A DNA stretch of 63,924 nt, filler included, from Octopus bimaculoides (taxonomy: Eukaryota): the NCBI RefSeq assembly GCF_001194135.2. It is 8 parts of 7 records of this genome, joined end to end, with 100 filler letters (N's around TTAATTAATTAA, not from the genome) between each part and the next. Parts side by side here need not be neighbours in the genome. Positions count along the whole stretch, not along the records: positions 2,100 to 23,155 come from NC_068988.1; positions 23,256 to 28,880 come from NC_068989.1; 6 more parts are not named here. One strand, 5' to 3'. Positions 13,630 through 26,960 of this stretch are shown in pieces. The stretch's first letter is position 1. The number at the start of each line of letters is the position of its first letter. A program made the position numbers and the translations under genes. The notes under the pieces were generated by a model. That model ran no database searches. It was not told where the DNA came from and saw nothing but the letters and a program-made list of their open reading frames with translations.

Positions 13630-13763
13630 ACCAAACTATTTATTTATTAATGTACAAATTAATTACCTAATTATCTAATTAATTTGTTATTAAACTGAGG
13701 GAAAACACGGCCTGTTCATTTATTTTAATTGGCTGCGTCACATTCCCGAAGTACAAATATATG

Positions 13764-13806
<43 letters not shown>

Positions 13807-14316
13807 ATGTGTGTGTGTGCGTGTATGTGTGTGCGCGCGCGCGTGTATGTGTGTGTGTGTGCGTGTATGTGTGTGTGTGTGTATGTGTGCGTGTGTGTGT
13901 GTGTTCGCGCGTGTGTGTGGGTGCTATTTTGGTTTTCTTACTCTTAATATTTACTTACGAAGCAACCCAATGTCCAGCAGTTGTTTCTACTTCTGTTATC
14001 ACTCATTGTTTTTTTTTTTTACTGTTAGTGTTTGCTTTTTTTTTTCTTTTCATTACCACCTACATGTTATCCTCTTACATAAACCACACGCCCGTTGACG
14101 CCTCTCTTTCATCTACTGTCAGTATTGATCTTGTTATTGTTCTTGTTCTTGTTGTTGCTGCTGTTAATACTGTTGCTTGGTTTTGCTTTTTTTGTGTATG
14201 CGTGTGTGTTACGACGACTATTAACGATTCATCATGTAGTTCTATTATATTCGCTATTTTCAACCGCCATACAAAGAACTCTCTGTTTCCTTTCTTTCTC
14301 ACCCCTTTTCTCTCTT

Positions 14317-14379
<63 letters not shown>

Positions 14380-14848
14380 GTCCTTCCATTTCTATCATTC
14401 ACTCTCTAGTCTCTTCTCTCTCTCTCTCTATATATATATGTATATGTGTGTATACGTGTATGTGATATAACGCATATATGCACATATATACATATGCATA
14501 CATAGACATACACACATACATATAGTCTATTATATTGCATATGTTTCATTTTATGCCTTTCGCCCTGCTGTTTCTCCCGACCTCCACTTTTCTCATTCCC
14601 CGTCACATCCTGTCTTTCTCATACTCCTAACCATCATTTTTGTATCATAAACTCACACGCCCCCTATATGCTCATAAGCACTTACGCATATGTCTGTACG
14701 CACACATATATATATATATATACACACACGCACATTCATACATACATACATACATACATACATACATAAATACTAATATACATACATACATATATGTATA
14801 TGTATATATATATATATGTATATGTATATATATATATATGTATATATG

Positions 14849-14881
<33 letters not shown>

Positions 14882-15689
14882 GTATATATACAATACAGGT
14901 ACATACGTATAATATATATGAGCGCGCGCGTATGTGTGTGTGTTCATACATACATAATTTACCCTATTGAAATTGTATGATTATTTATATATATATATAT
15001 ATATATATTTTTTCTCTCTTATTCATCTACACAAACACACACGTGTTTATATTGCATGAATTGAAAGTGTGCTATTTTTAGCCATTGTAGATACAATTTT
15101 TTTATGAGCGAAAATGTCGATATTACAAACGCATACACTAACGCATATTTTGCTTTCAAAATAATAACATATTCTGTTATAAACACACACACACATACAC
15201 ACACACACACACACACATTTATATATAGCAGGATACACACACTTATTTACTCCATAATGCACTTGTGTAAATGTACTTACTTAACAAATACAGCTACAAA
15301 TTCATAAATATTCACGCACGCCACTCTTACATATACCCATACCCATACACATACATTTCTGTTCTATAATGAATAGGGAATATATAAACGTAGAAATATT
15401 GCGTCATTAAATGTCTGTTATTGAGCAGTTCTAGTACTGAAGGAGGTCTGTTATTATACCTCGGTTCTCACGCTCATATTTTATTGAGTTGTATAGACAA
15501 TTAACTTCATAGTAGTACAATTGAAGAATACATAGAAATAGCTGGTAGATCTCCCCCATATTTCACTCCAAACTCTACCATAGCCCTACCATGAGAGCTG
15601 GTAGGATCTAAAAGCATGTATCATTCCTTTGCTAATTGTTTAGTGATTCAATGTGGTCATGGGCTAATATAGACTCCCTATCAGCTATC

Positions 15690-15832
15690 CCACTCTTCGT
15701 CGAGCAGACCGTGGGTTTTCACTTATTTACAACTGGATGGAGTGGAGTAACAGGAGATGAGTAGTCTTGCTCATGGAATCGACCCCGCGACCTTATGACA
15801 GTGAGCTCAATACCTTAATCACTCGGCTACGC
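15690..15832 (-). mobile_element. tRNA-derived SINE fragment
   Basis: Reverse complement starts GCGTAGCCGAGTGATTAAGG...GGTCGATTCC (A-box-like and B-box-like). Confidence 0.6.
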
Positions 15833-15859
15833 AATACGTCATGTTATCTTGAAAACACA

Positions 15860-16590
15860 GTGTTGTTAGACGTGTTGCTGAACGGTGTGCCGTCGGGAAT
15901 ATGAATTTCTGGTCTATGCAAAGCCATGCGCTGTTTTAAAATTATACCTGCTTAGCCTATATAGTTTTCTCTCCATCTTCAGCTTGCTATTGCATAAAAA
16001 CGGTATTACAGATGCACAGGTGAAGTTATTTATATTTTTTAACTGTTTGTTTTCTTTAGAACATATATTCAATCCGTCTAACAGATTTAAACATACACCG
16101 AAGTTTGGTCATTTGCATTTTTTGCAGTTGGTTTTATTGTCATTGTGTGGAAGCTTGAGGTTTCTTAACATTGTTTCTTGATTGTGGATATTTTTTTCCT
16201 TTTTATGAAGGTTTGTGATTCATGAGTTAGGATCATCCTGGAGTCCTTTTTCAGTGTTGGAATGTTTTGATATATAATGTTGTTGGTCTCATATTTCGAC
16301 ATGTAAGGTAAAAACTTTCAATTCCTATATATGTTTTTGTCTGTTTGTCTTAGTCTATAGATATTTATTTTCTTAACTCGAGGTATTTCATTTTCGATTA
16401 AGGATAAAGGATAATTTGTTTCAAGGAGTGCATCTTAAGTTTTTGGAATCATATGTCATTGATGTTTTCACCGGATACTGTTATACAGATACGTTTGGCT
16501 AAAATCACCAGAGACATTTTCCCTGGTGTATGTATCAAATGGCATGAACCGAAAAGTAGATACTGTTTGGAGGCCAGTAATGGCTGCAGT
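15860..16590 (-). mobile_element. Penelope-like element fragment (RT C-terminus plus GIY-YIG), degraded
   Basis: Minus-strand SKQYLLFGSCHLIHT...LAKRICITVS, then NFTCAS and ENYIG*AGIILKQRMALHR in shifted frames. Confidence 0.75.
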
Positions 16591-16664
16591 CCAATCATTC
16601 AAAGAAAAAGCTAAAGGAATATTATAATGATGTACATACACATACACTCATCTCTCTCTCTATC

Positions 16665-16756
<92 letters not shown>
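16665..16756. repeat. (CA)n microsatellite
   Basis: Long perfect CA run. Confidence 0.95.
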
Positions 16757-16758
<2 letters not shown>

Positions 16759-16767
16759 GGTAAAGCG

Positions 16768-16950
16768 TGAGCTATCAGAATCATTAGCACGCCGGGCAAA
16801 ATACTTATCAGTATTTCGATCGGCATTACACTCTAAGTTCAAATTTGCCGTTCATCCTTCGGGACCGATAGAATACAGTACCAATTGAACACTGGGGTCG
16901 ATGTAATCGACTTACCAGAAATTATAGGCCTTGTGTCAAAAACTGAAACA
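16768..16950 (+). mobile_element. SINE family B, diverged
   Basis: GTGAGCTATCAGAATCATTAGCACGCCGGG...GGGGTCGATGTAATCGACT matches the 30922 copy. Confidence 0.7.
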
Positions 16951-17954
16951 TACATACATCCATGCATACATGCATACATGCATACATACATACATACATA
17001 CATACATACATGAGTGAGTGAGTTAATGAGTGAGTTGAATGTATGTGTGAAAAAGACATTTCATATATGACGACTGATCCCTTTCAATCAACTACTATAA
17101 CAAGTATAACATTAACAAAGGCCACAGCAAAAATAATCGAACACTATCAATAACAACAACGATTAAAAAGGTGAACCGTTACGTGGTCGCTTAATTTCGT
17201 AGAAATAGAAACCAAAACCTCCTTACACAACACCGTACGCATTAATGAAATGCATTCGGTAATATAGTAAACACTAAACACCNNNNNNNNNNNNNNNNNN
17301 NNNNNNNNNNNNNNNNNNNNNNNNNNNNNNNNNNNNNNNNNNNNNNNNNNNNNNNNNNNNNNNNNNNNNNNNNNNNNNNNNNNNNNNNNNNNNNNNNNNN
17401 NNNNNNNNNNNNNNNNNNNNNNNNNNNNNNNNNNNNNNNNNNNNNNNNNNNNNNNNNNNNNNNNNNNNNNNNNNNNNNNNNNNNNNNNNNNNNNNNNNNN
17501 NNNNNNNNNNNNNNNNNNNNNNNNNNNNNNNNNNNNNNNNNNNNNNNNNNNNNNNNNNNNNNNNNNNNNNNNNNNNNNNNNNNNNNNNNNNNNNNNNNNN
17601 NNNNNNNNNNNNNNNNNNNNNNNNNNNNNNNNNNNNNNNNNNNNNNNNNNNNNNNNNNNNNNNNNNNNNNNNNNNNNNNNNNNNNNNNNNNNNNNNNNNN
17701 NNNNNNNNNNNNNNNNNNNNNNNNNNNNNNNNNNNNNNNNNNNNNNNNNNNNNNNNNNNNNNNNNNNNNNNNNNNNNNNNNNNNNNATATATATATATAT
17801 ATATATACATATATATTACTGTTATACACCGCTTGTCATACTTGTTATACACCGCTGTTGACAATGCTCTTCTTCCCATTATTGTATCTTTCGAATGAAG
17901 CGACTCCATTGGATAGGTGGGTAGGCACAGATCCCACTTGAACGGAACGCAGGG

Positions 17955-18095
17955 CTGCGCACTAACAGCGTACTGAAGCAACATAAGATGACGTGTTTTG
18001 TTCAAGAATATAACGCCACACCACCACTCTGGGAATCTAAACCGCGATTTTACGATCGAGAGTGCAACACCGTAAAAACATAGGCCACGCACCTT
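17955..18095 (-). mobile_element. tRNA-derived SINE fragment
   Basis: Reverse complement GAAGGTGCGTGGCCT...GCGGTTTAGATTCCCAGA resembles the head of the 36208-36521 SINE. Confidence 0.55.
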
Positions 18096-18445
18096 CACAC
18101 ACACGCACGCGCACAGACATGCACGCGCGCACACACAAGCACACACATGCATACATGTATACTATGCTATCGCTTCTCGTTATACACCGCTGTTCACAAT
18201 GCGCTTCCTCACACTATTGTACCTCTTACAATTATATCCGGTTATATGCATACCAAACTGAATCAAAAATTTTTTTCCTGATTTTCATTAATGATTTTTG
18301 GCAACTTGTATCTTCATGTTATGTCATTAATTTGATACAGCTTGTTTTCCAATCCTTATTGCCTAATTGCTAATTCCTTATTTGCATATATATAACATAA
18401 GCATTTAATTGTTTATTCTTTATTTTACTGTTTTGGTAATAAGAA

Positions 18446-19427
18446 ATGGAAAGATTGCCATTAGAGTCCTTTTTCGCTGCCCGTGTAAAAAAATTAATGG
18501 ACTCAGTAAAGCCAGCGACAAAATAAATTAATGATGTGGAAGACCCAGAAGGTGTGAACGAACGTGTGTCACAAACCTGATTCAGACGTTTAAAGGAAAG
18601 TGACTCCAGATTCGAAGACAGACTAAGGACAGAGAGATCTTCTGTTGCGGATGATGAGGCCTTAGTTCAAATGGCAGAACAACAGCAAAGCACAAGATCT
18701 CGTACATTTTTAGCAGAACTTTGTCCTTCACAATGCACACACCCATAAGCTTGACCCTTTGATCAGATGCTACCAAGAAACTCCACATGAACTGGATAAT
18801 GCCCAGGCTGAACGACGTGTAGAGATTTGCAAACAACTGCAGGTAAAGCCTCGAGATGCCCGTCTTTGGCATTGAATTGTAACTGGGGATGAAAACCAGA
18901 TCTGTTTCCGTAATTCTAATAAGAGAAGTCGGTGGCTTCCTTCAGGAGAAACTTCAGAACCAGTTGTCAAAGAAGAGAAGTGCGGTTTGGTGGAATTTCG
19001 AGTGGGTGTTGCACTTTGTTTTACTTCCATATGGTCATACCGCGAACGCTAAACTTTATACTCAAGAAATGCAAGGAATATAACATATATTGAAAGCCCA
19101 CACCCCGCCATGATCAATCGAAGCACAGTAATTCCCCAGCACACACTGCCAATGTGAACAAGCGCAAACTTGAGGAACTAGACTGGTTGGAAGTACCACC
19201 TCACCCTGCCAGCATTCCAGACCTTGCACAATCAGATTACCATCTTGTTCGAGCAATTGTTAATTTCCTGCACGGACGGAGGTTCAAGAATGTGGGTGAG
19301 GTTGAAAACAGGGGCAGGGAGATTTTCAACTTGAAATTAGTCAAATGATATAGGCGTGTAATTGAGCTTCTGGCGCAACGATGGTTACACAAGATAGAAT
19401 ATGATGGTATATATTTTGACAAATAAA
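18446..19427 (+). pseudogene. Mariner (DD34D-type) transposase pseudogene
   Basis: Motifs FRRLKESDSRFED, VTGDE, LHFVLLPYGHTANAKLY, HPASIPDLAQSDYHL and RW..IEYDGIYFDK* across frameshifts and stops. Confidence 0.9.
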
Positions 19428-19642
19428 CAATTTTCGTATGTAATTTGCTTCAATTATTAATTAAAGCTTGAAATGCGACAGAACTTCTTACACAGTACAA
19501 GTATATGTACGTATATGTGTGTGCTTGCGTGTGTGCGTGCGTGCGTGTATGATTGTGTGCATTTGTCTTTGTTGCTATCATGTGAGACGTGACTTGAGGT
19601 CTTTCCATTCTCAAGGAACACCAAAAGCTAAACAAAACCAAA

Positions 19643-19752
19643 TGCTGCTGCTGCTGCTGCTGCTACTACTACTATTACTACAACTACTATTGCTACCACC
19701 ACCACCACCATTTCATTTTCTTCTTCTTCTTCTTCTTCTTCTTTTTCTTCTT

Positions 19753-19785
<33 letters not shown>
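19643..19785. repeat. Compound trinucleotide microsatellite (GCT/ACT/ACC/CTT)
   Basis: Direct reading. Confidence 0.95.
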
Positions 19786-20312
19786 ATCATCGATTCAAAA
19801 ACAGCTGGAGGTACATTAAGATTTAAAGAAACTAGCCAAATTCCGTCAATTTCTCTTTTATTTCTGAGATAAATCGATCGATAGTTGTGTATCCTTATCA
19901 CATTGCTTCAATCAGTTGATTGAATCATATATATCTGGTGCTGTGGTAAGCAGAATGATGGATGTGACATATTCTTGGCATTAAAAACATCTCTTTCCGT
20001 GTGCAACATTTACTCAATAACCAGAAAAACGTTACAATATGCAACCTAAAAATTGATATTAACGAAGCTAAAAGAAAATAACGGGATCTGATTTCATGTT
20101 CTGCTATACATACATACATACATACATACATACATACATACACACACACACACCCAGAAACACATAAATCTATATGGAAATATAAGTATATATGTATGCA
20201 TGAACGTATGCATGCATGTATGTGTATATATGTATGTATATATGTATGTATATATGTATGTGTATGCATGTATGTATGTGTGTGTATGCGTGTAAGTATG
20301 TATGTACGTATG

Positions 20313-20344
<32 letters not shown>

Positions 20345-21141
20345 TGTATGTATATATGTATGAGTGTGAGATTGTGTTCTATACTTTAAATGCGTGAGTA
20401 CATGCTAACATATATATATACATACGCATACACACACAGATAGAGACATAGGGAGAGACATAGACAGACAGACAGGCATATAGATAGACAAACAAATATG
20501 GATGTATATGCGTGCTTTTGTGAATGCGTGTTTGTGTTTCGTGTCTTGACATATACATAAATACATACATACACACAAACACACACACAAACACATACAT
20601 ACATATATACATACATACATACATAAATACATACATACATACATACATACATGTATACAGACGTACATACATAAATACGCATGCATTTATATATGCTTAT
20701 TAGCTATTATTGAATATATAATCTTTTACTCAAATGTCAAACATCCACGCATTTAAGTAGAAGGAAAAATGGGTTGTTATGTCTTATCTAGATTTTTATC
20801 ACTAGCCTATGAATGATCATATGATTGTTGTTAAACTTACGTGATGTATATTAAACACTGATACAATCAGGCAGCCTGAAGATGGTCTCTGTTCCTGCTA
20901 GAAATAAATGTTATATGCACGTCAGATTCTACTGTAGGAATTTATGAAGAAAAATAAAAGAAAAGCGTTGGATATTGCGATCCGAGGGACATTTGGCTGA
21001 GAAAATGTGCCTCTGTTTGGGGTTGTCACGCAGTGAATGTCCTTATTTATAGGTTCTTTGGCCATGAGTGACAACTAGTTTTAATGTAACTCTCTGCTTC
21101 AGCCTATAACTAGCACAAACGGACCAATGACTTATCAACAC

Positions 21142-21192
<51 letters not shown>

Positions 21193-21257
21193 AAGCAGCA
21201 GCATCAGCAGCAGCAGTAGCAGCAGTAGCAGCAGTAGCAGCAGCAGCAGCAGTAGTG

Positions 21258-21330
<73 letters not shown>
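21142..21330. repeat. Compound (TAG)n/(CAG)n microsatellite
   Basis: Direct reading. Confidence 0.95.
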
Positions 21331-21331
<1 letters not shown>

Positions 21332-21589
21332 TCCATGGCTAAGAAATAGTCTTGCTATTGCTTTTCAAATCGTGCCTTATTATCTTAATATTTAAAAAAA
21401 TTGATACATGGGATAACGTACAGTTAAACAATAGCCGTAGCGAATATGATTTGATAGAATATGTCATTCCTTTCTTTCTCTAATTATTTTTGGTGCATGC
21501 GTAGTCACGAGCAGACAGACGCAGATGCTGTCATTCCACCCACCCTGGACGCAAAAGAACGTTTTGGATGTCACATCTGGAGAGAAAGA

Positions 21590-21747
21590 AAAAGCTCCAC
21601 CAGCGGTTGGCAGGTATTCATTAAAACTGATTCGAAAGATACAAACCGAAAGGAGGTGCCTTGCTTTTGGACACAATGTTCTAACCAGTCCAAGAATCGA
21701 ATCCATCAACTTATGATTACGAGGCCAACAGTCTAACCATTACGCCA
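21590..21747 (-). mobile_element. tRNA-derived SINE fragment
   Basis: Reverse complement GGCGTAATGGTTAGACTG...GGATTCGATTCTTGG (A and B boxes). Confidence 0.6.
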
Positions 21748-21969
21748 TAGTCCTTCACGTCTAAAGCATTCAGAGACCATTTTTTTTCTCAAAATAATCA
21801 ATTTGGTCTTGGTTGTAGTACTTTTAATTGTAAGTCTACATGATCAGAACTGATATGGTGCTAATCAATATGAACAACTACTACTACAACATACTGATAG
21901 ATTGTGACTTTGAGAGTTTGATGCCACTAGAAACAGACACAAGACAAACTTGCAATATGTTACTAACAG

Positions 21970-22068
21970 CTTGTCCATTATAAAGCTCAACAAGGCTTTA
22001 ATGTCCTTTGTCAAAGGAGATTCGACTATCGAAGTAGTCTCTATCTCAATGAGCATTTCCCGACCCAG
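21970..22068 (+). CDS. Candidate coding exon (LVHYKAQQGFNVLCQRRFDYRSSLYLNEHFPTQ)
   Basis: TACTAACAG acceptor, CAG|GTATGA donor, 99 nt, open, phase 0-0. Confidence 0.62.
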
Positions 22069-22444
22069 GTATGAGATGAACGGCGCAGTGTGCCTAACAA
22101 GCTTTTGAGAGGGCCGCAGTCGAGTCCTGCTTTTAGCAGTTTCCCATATATTGTGTCTCAGAATAGACATTAATGAATACGCTATTTACAACTAATTATA
22201 AATCTAAGTCCGTGAGCATATATCGGAAATCAATGGATTAGTTCTCTATTTTATGTTATACATCCTCCATCGTTATTAGTTGAATTAATTAAACAAGACC
22301 TAATACATCAAAAGAATTAAATATATATGTGGGAATATCTGAGTGTGTGTGCATAGAATTGCATTATATATATAGTATATACATACATACATATATATAT
22401 AGTTTATACAAATATAGATATACAAAATATATGCACACACACAC

Positions 22445-22495
<51 letters not shown>

Positions 22496-22694
22496 CATGC
22501 ACACTCATATATATATATGTACATGAGTCTATATATATATATGCACATATATACGAATTTAGACACGCGCCCACCACTTGTATGTATGTGTGTATATGTG
22601 TGTGTGCGTATGTATGTGTGTGTTGTCATTGAAATCCAAGTCGACGTTGATACAGTAGGTCTACAGTTTATTCCGATCGTATGCATTGTTTCAG

Positions 22695-22786
22695 TTTCTT
22701 TTTTATGAGGAGTACCACGGTATGCCACAAATCACGTTATTCCACAAGTCCTTTCTTTCTTCTAAAAGGTTAAGATGTGATTTCAG
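22695..22786 (+). CDS. Candidate coding exon (FLFYEEYHGMPQITLFHKSFLSSKRLRCDF-)
   Basis: TTGTTTCAG acceptor, consensus CAG|GTAAGT donor, 92 nt, open, phase 0-2, in frame with the preceding exon. Confidence 0.62.
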
Positions 22787-22933
22787 GTAAGTTGACTTCT
22801 ACTTCTTGTACTTTCAGAACAATAATTTCGAGATTCTTTTTGTTTTCCTTAAATGCAGACACGCGCGCACACCCACTATGTAAACACACCCACACACATA
22901 TATATAAACATACATGTTTGCGCATGTCCGTAC

Positions 22934-22976
<43 letters not shown>

Positions 22977-24018
22977 ATTGTTCCGTTAACGTAAAATCAA
23001 TATATCTCTCACTGTACTCCATCCAGTGAGAGATAAATATCATTTAATGAGCACAGTATAAAGATGCGAGCTACTAATAGTTACTTGCCTTAGAGACACA
23101 GGTGTAGGCAGATTTTTATTACACGCCTCAATAATTTATGATATTTACAGAATGTNNNNNNNNNNNNNNNNNNNNNNNNNNNNNNNNNNNNNNNNNNNNT
23201 TAATTAATTAANNNNNNNNNNNNNNNNNNNNNNNNNNNNNNNNNNNNNNNNNNNNTATATATATGTATGTATGTACGTATATTCATTTACTATTTAGCTT
23301 ATAACTAGTAATACTAATCAGTATAAAAGTTACATAACAACAGGACACCAAGCAGGCTGGATTATATATAAATGCAGCGCTAAGCATAACTTTTGCAGTC
23401 GTATATTTATTTGTGAACAAAATTTCTATTTATATATTGTAAAATTGAATTAGATTCATTAAATCTTATGGCATCATTACGCAACAGTCGCAAAAAAGTA
23501 TTCAGAACTTCTCACAGAAATATTCGCATCTGAATAACGTGTATGGACGCAGATGTGCTGAGTCGTTCGCTCAAACTTGAGCGCCTTTAATTTATATAAT
23601 TATGCAACTTCAATCTAGCAATAAATATCCGATGTCTCTCTGAATGACACTATTTTCAGAGGTATTTTGAACACTGTATAGATTGTTATCTACAGCTGTT
23701 GACCACACAGTACTAACACTTGATGAGATTATGAACATATAGTTTTTGTTTACTATATTTTATAATGCTTTTCCGTTACTTTCTCGTAATTATAAGCCAA
23801 ACAATATTTATACTGTATTACTTATCAACAGACAGACACATAGCTTGTTTTTTTTTTCTTCTTATCAATGCATTTCATAACTAACTTGCTCTATGAATAT
23901 TCGTGAATATTCTTTCATTTAGACCGTTTGATGTTTCACATCTTCAGCATAGACGCACACACACGTCTATCTATTTATCTATTAATATATATGTGTATAT
24001 GTGTGCGTGTGTGTGTAT

Positions 24019-24052
<34 letters not shown>

Positions 24053-24589
24053 ATCACATTTATGTATTTGAAAATAAATACAGAGACACAGACACATATT
24101 CATATGCATACGATGCATTTCTGTATTTTTATGGCATATCAATTACTTTGTATTTTTATACATACGTGGAACACACAGAATGAGAAAGTGAGAGTGAGAG
24201 AAAGAGTGAAAGAGAGTGGTAAACAGAGAGGGAGGGAGATAGAGGAAGAGACAGTGAGATTGACACTGACACACACATAAACTCGCAGTATATATATAAT
24301 TACAAACATATACATACAAATACGCATATATATATATAAGGTAACGCTAATGTTATTTCGTAATAATCCTTATCACTATTATTATTGATATATAGATATA
24401 TCTATAGATAGATAGATAGATATTTATATATGTATAATTATGTTTATGTGCTTATATATGCACGAAGATCGTGCACATATATAGGTACATATATATATAT
24501 ATGTGTGTGTGCTCTTGTATGCGTGTGTGTACACATATATTCATATGTATACACACATACATGTATTCATGTGTATGTATACAAATACT

Positions 24590-24649
<60 letters not shown>

Positions 24650-25412
24650 CATACACATGCACAAACACACACACATATACACACACGCACGCACACACAT
24701 ACATGCACGCACGTATTCATTGTCATTTACAGTACAAGACCCATATATTTGTTTTTTAATCGCTAGCATAACACGGAAAAAACTATTGCGAATTTCAATT
24801 AAGAATGATGTTATATTGTATGAGTTCAGTTTCCTAATACAATATCAAAATTATCTCTATATGCCAAAGGTTTTATGAGAGGAAAGATCAAGGAGTTAAA
24901 TGTAAATGAATTATTATCTATTAATATTCGTCCAATTCATTATGTCTCCTTGAGTATTATGCCTGAATTTGCTAATCTAATTCCGGACGATATTACCACC
25001 ATATATCTGCTAATGAAAATGAATAGACAGAAATTAATCAACTTGAATTGACCGGTTAAATAGATTCGATATTATTTGTTCATAAAATTACTTGCTCGTA
25101 ACCTATTTAAGAAAGAAAGATTGGCAAATAAGAATTGTGCTCTTAGTTTCATTACGATTTATCTTTTTCAGTCGGTATTGTATGAAACGAAGCCATATAG
25201 ATTTTTTTTCATAGTCGCGTGAAACTATTTATCTCTGGCTGCAAATATGTCTTCCGATCTGTAACATACAAACCTCATTTTAGCCACAAGTTTTGTATAA
25301 CTAAAGACATTCCGATAAATAGATTATCTCCCTTGGCTAGGCGGCTCTCCATGCAGACCGTTCTACATCTGCGGACTATCCATGTCATTGTTATTGTGTA
25401 TCACGTTATATC

Positions 25413-25946
25413 ATGAATATTAAGCGGCTCGAATTAAAGAATTATTTCCGATTACATGGACACTATGTTACTGGAAAAGAGCCGGATTTGGTTGAAAGGT
25501 TAAAAGGTATTAAAATTATTGCTATAAAGAACGTCAATGAATTAAAATCAACCCACGAGAAGTGTACTTCAGACCGGAATAAGCAGAAGCGTGTATCTCC
25601 TCTCGGTGAAGTTTTACCTGATCCTAATGTGCTGAAATCAGATTGGACTAAAGATCTTCATAAGATGCCGAATTTTACGGATAATGACGTTTACAACTGC
25701 CTCGTGCTACGGAGGAAAGTAAAGCGACAGTTAAGGTTTGGCATATTTTACCATGGCAGACACGTCCGCAACATTGAATATCACGTTATTACCGAAAACT
25801 ACTCTCACTGCATTGTCCGGTGTCGGGTAATCCCGTCAACACCAACATCTAAGAAAAAGAACAATCCCGATCACAGAGTGTCAAAGGTCACTGGCAATGT
25901 GCATTCAGCTGATTGCAACTGCACTGCAGGGAAAGAGCATGCTTAA
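25413..25946 (+). CDS. Transposon ORF: SAP-like domain plus first half of a SWIM zinc finger (N-terminus of a YqaJ-type exonuclease protein), truncated
   Basis: ELKNYFRLHGHYVTGKEPDLVERL (SAP-like) and GNVHSADCNCTAG (CxC of SWIM). It ends before the CxH. Confidence 0.7.
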   Translation: MNIKRLELKNYFRLHGHYVTGKEPDLVERLKGIKIIAIKNVNELKSTHEKCTSDRNKQKRVSPLGEVLPDPNVLKSDWTKDLHKMPNFTDNDVYNCLVLRRKVKRQLRFGIFYHGRHVRNIEYHVITENYSHCIVRCRVIPSTPTSKKKNNPDHRVSKVTGNVHSADCNCTAGKEHA

Positions 25947-26121
25947 TTATTTTGACTTCTTCCCTTTTTTCCATTGTATTTTTTATGGATGTAAGTAAAT
26001 AAATGAATAGTTAAAACAATAAATAATAAATAAATGAGACTTAATTTTGAATGTTTTTTTATCCCTATCATATTTATCAAATACAAATGCACAGTCATAT
26101 ACACATATCTCTGACGTTTAT

Positions 26122-26370
26122 CTAATAAACGGATGGTAAGGGGTGATCTTTCGATGGTCCATTAGAAATGACGAAATACTGGGAGCAAATCTAGCTATTT
26201 GCAGTGTAAACAAAGTCTTTCCTCAAAAATATGTATCTCTGAAGCCAAATGCGACGAATAGCGACGTTTTCAGCGTGTCTATAAAGTGAAATAACATTGT
26301 CGTCTACATTCTACCCTCTATAATTACTGCATATACAACAGTATTTGCACGATCTCTTCGGAGACATCAT
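26122..26370 (-). pseudogene. THAP domain pseudogene (transposase N-terminus)
   Basis: MMSPKRSCKYCCICSNYRG*...SLYRHAENVAIRRIWLQR...RKDF...*ICSQYFV...HPLPS has THAP-like C, W, CSxH/YF and P motifs and two internal stops. Confidence 0.7.
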
Positions 26371-26589
26371 ATTAACCGGTCATACAGGCTGTGAATCGGT
26401 AGTCATCGGAAGTAGAAGCAAGTCACATACGTTATTGGAATGACCTGTAGCTAATATAACGCCAAGAAATGCTTAGCTGTCAAGAAATGTTTAGATGGAC
26501 CAGAACATATTCTGTATAGGGATCCGTTTTGTTCGCTCCGTGCCATGAGGTACATATGGGTGCTACACAATCGTTGAAATCAGCTCCGT

Positions 26590-26925
26590 TTTCTACCACT
26601 CGCTCCAGTATCTCTATCCTTCTCATCTCCTTTGGTTGTCAATGGTCTTTGGCCATTTGATTCCAGGTCACCCAGCGGCACTTTTCCCTTCAGGCTGTCA
26701 TTATGGTGCCACTAGACAATCTTCTTTTCGAACATGTACGAGGACGTGTCTCATTCAGTTCCAGCGACTGCATCTTATTTCATCACTGATCCTGTTGATG
26801 CTTGTTGTTGTCTCATTTCTGTCGTTTTGCACTCTTTGCCGCCACTTGACGTCCAGTATTCTCCTTATGCATGTGAACTGCGTCTTGACTGTTTACGTTT
26901 GGAAAGAGTTACGTCAGTCATATTA
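26590..26925 (-). mobile_element. RTE LINE, 3' fragment
   Basis: Minus-strand CIRRILDVKWRQRVQN...EIRCSRWN*MRHVL...QPEGK. Confidence 0.75.
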
Positions 26926-26960
26926 AAAATATGTTTATTATTATTATTATTATTATTATT

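Larger units (their letters stand above)
25343..26525. mobile_element. ISL2EU-type (PIF/Harbinger-related) DNA transposon, internally deleted
   Basis: Convergent SAP+SWIM ORF (+) and THAP pseudogene (-), with degenerate TIR candidates GGCTCTCCATGCAGA and TCTGTATAGGGATCC (11/15 match). Confidence 0.65.

Noticed and set aside
20870-20915. CTGAAGATGG...GAAA as a hammerhead
   Set aside because: No stem I partner and no NUH or palindrome after GAAA.
21970-22068. Similarity of RRFDYRSSLYLN to lysosomal alpha-mannosidase (RRxDYRxxxxLN)
   Set aside because: The conserved FYTDSNG and NYYP flanks are absent and neighbouring exons do not match, so no gene name is assigned.
26125-26200. Gypsy integrase-like TPYHP motif
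   Set aside because: It is an off-frame reading of the THAP pseudogene, and no other integrase motifs are present.
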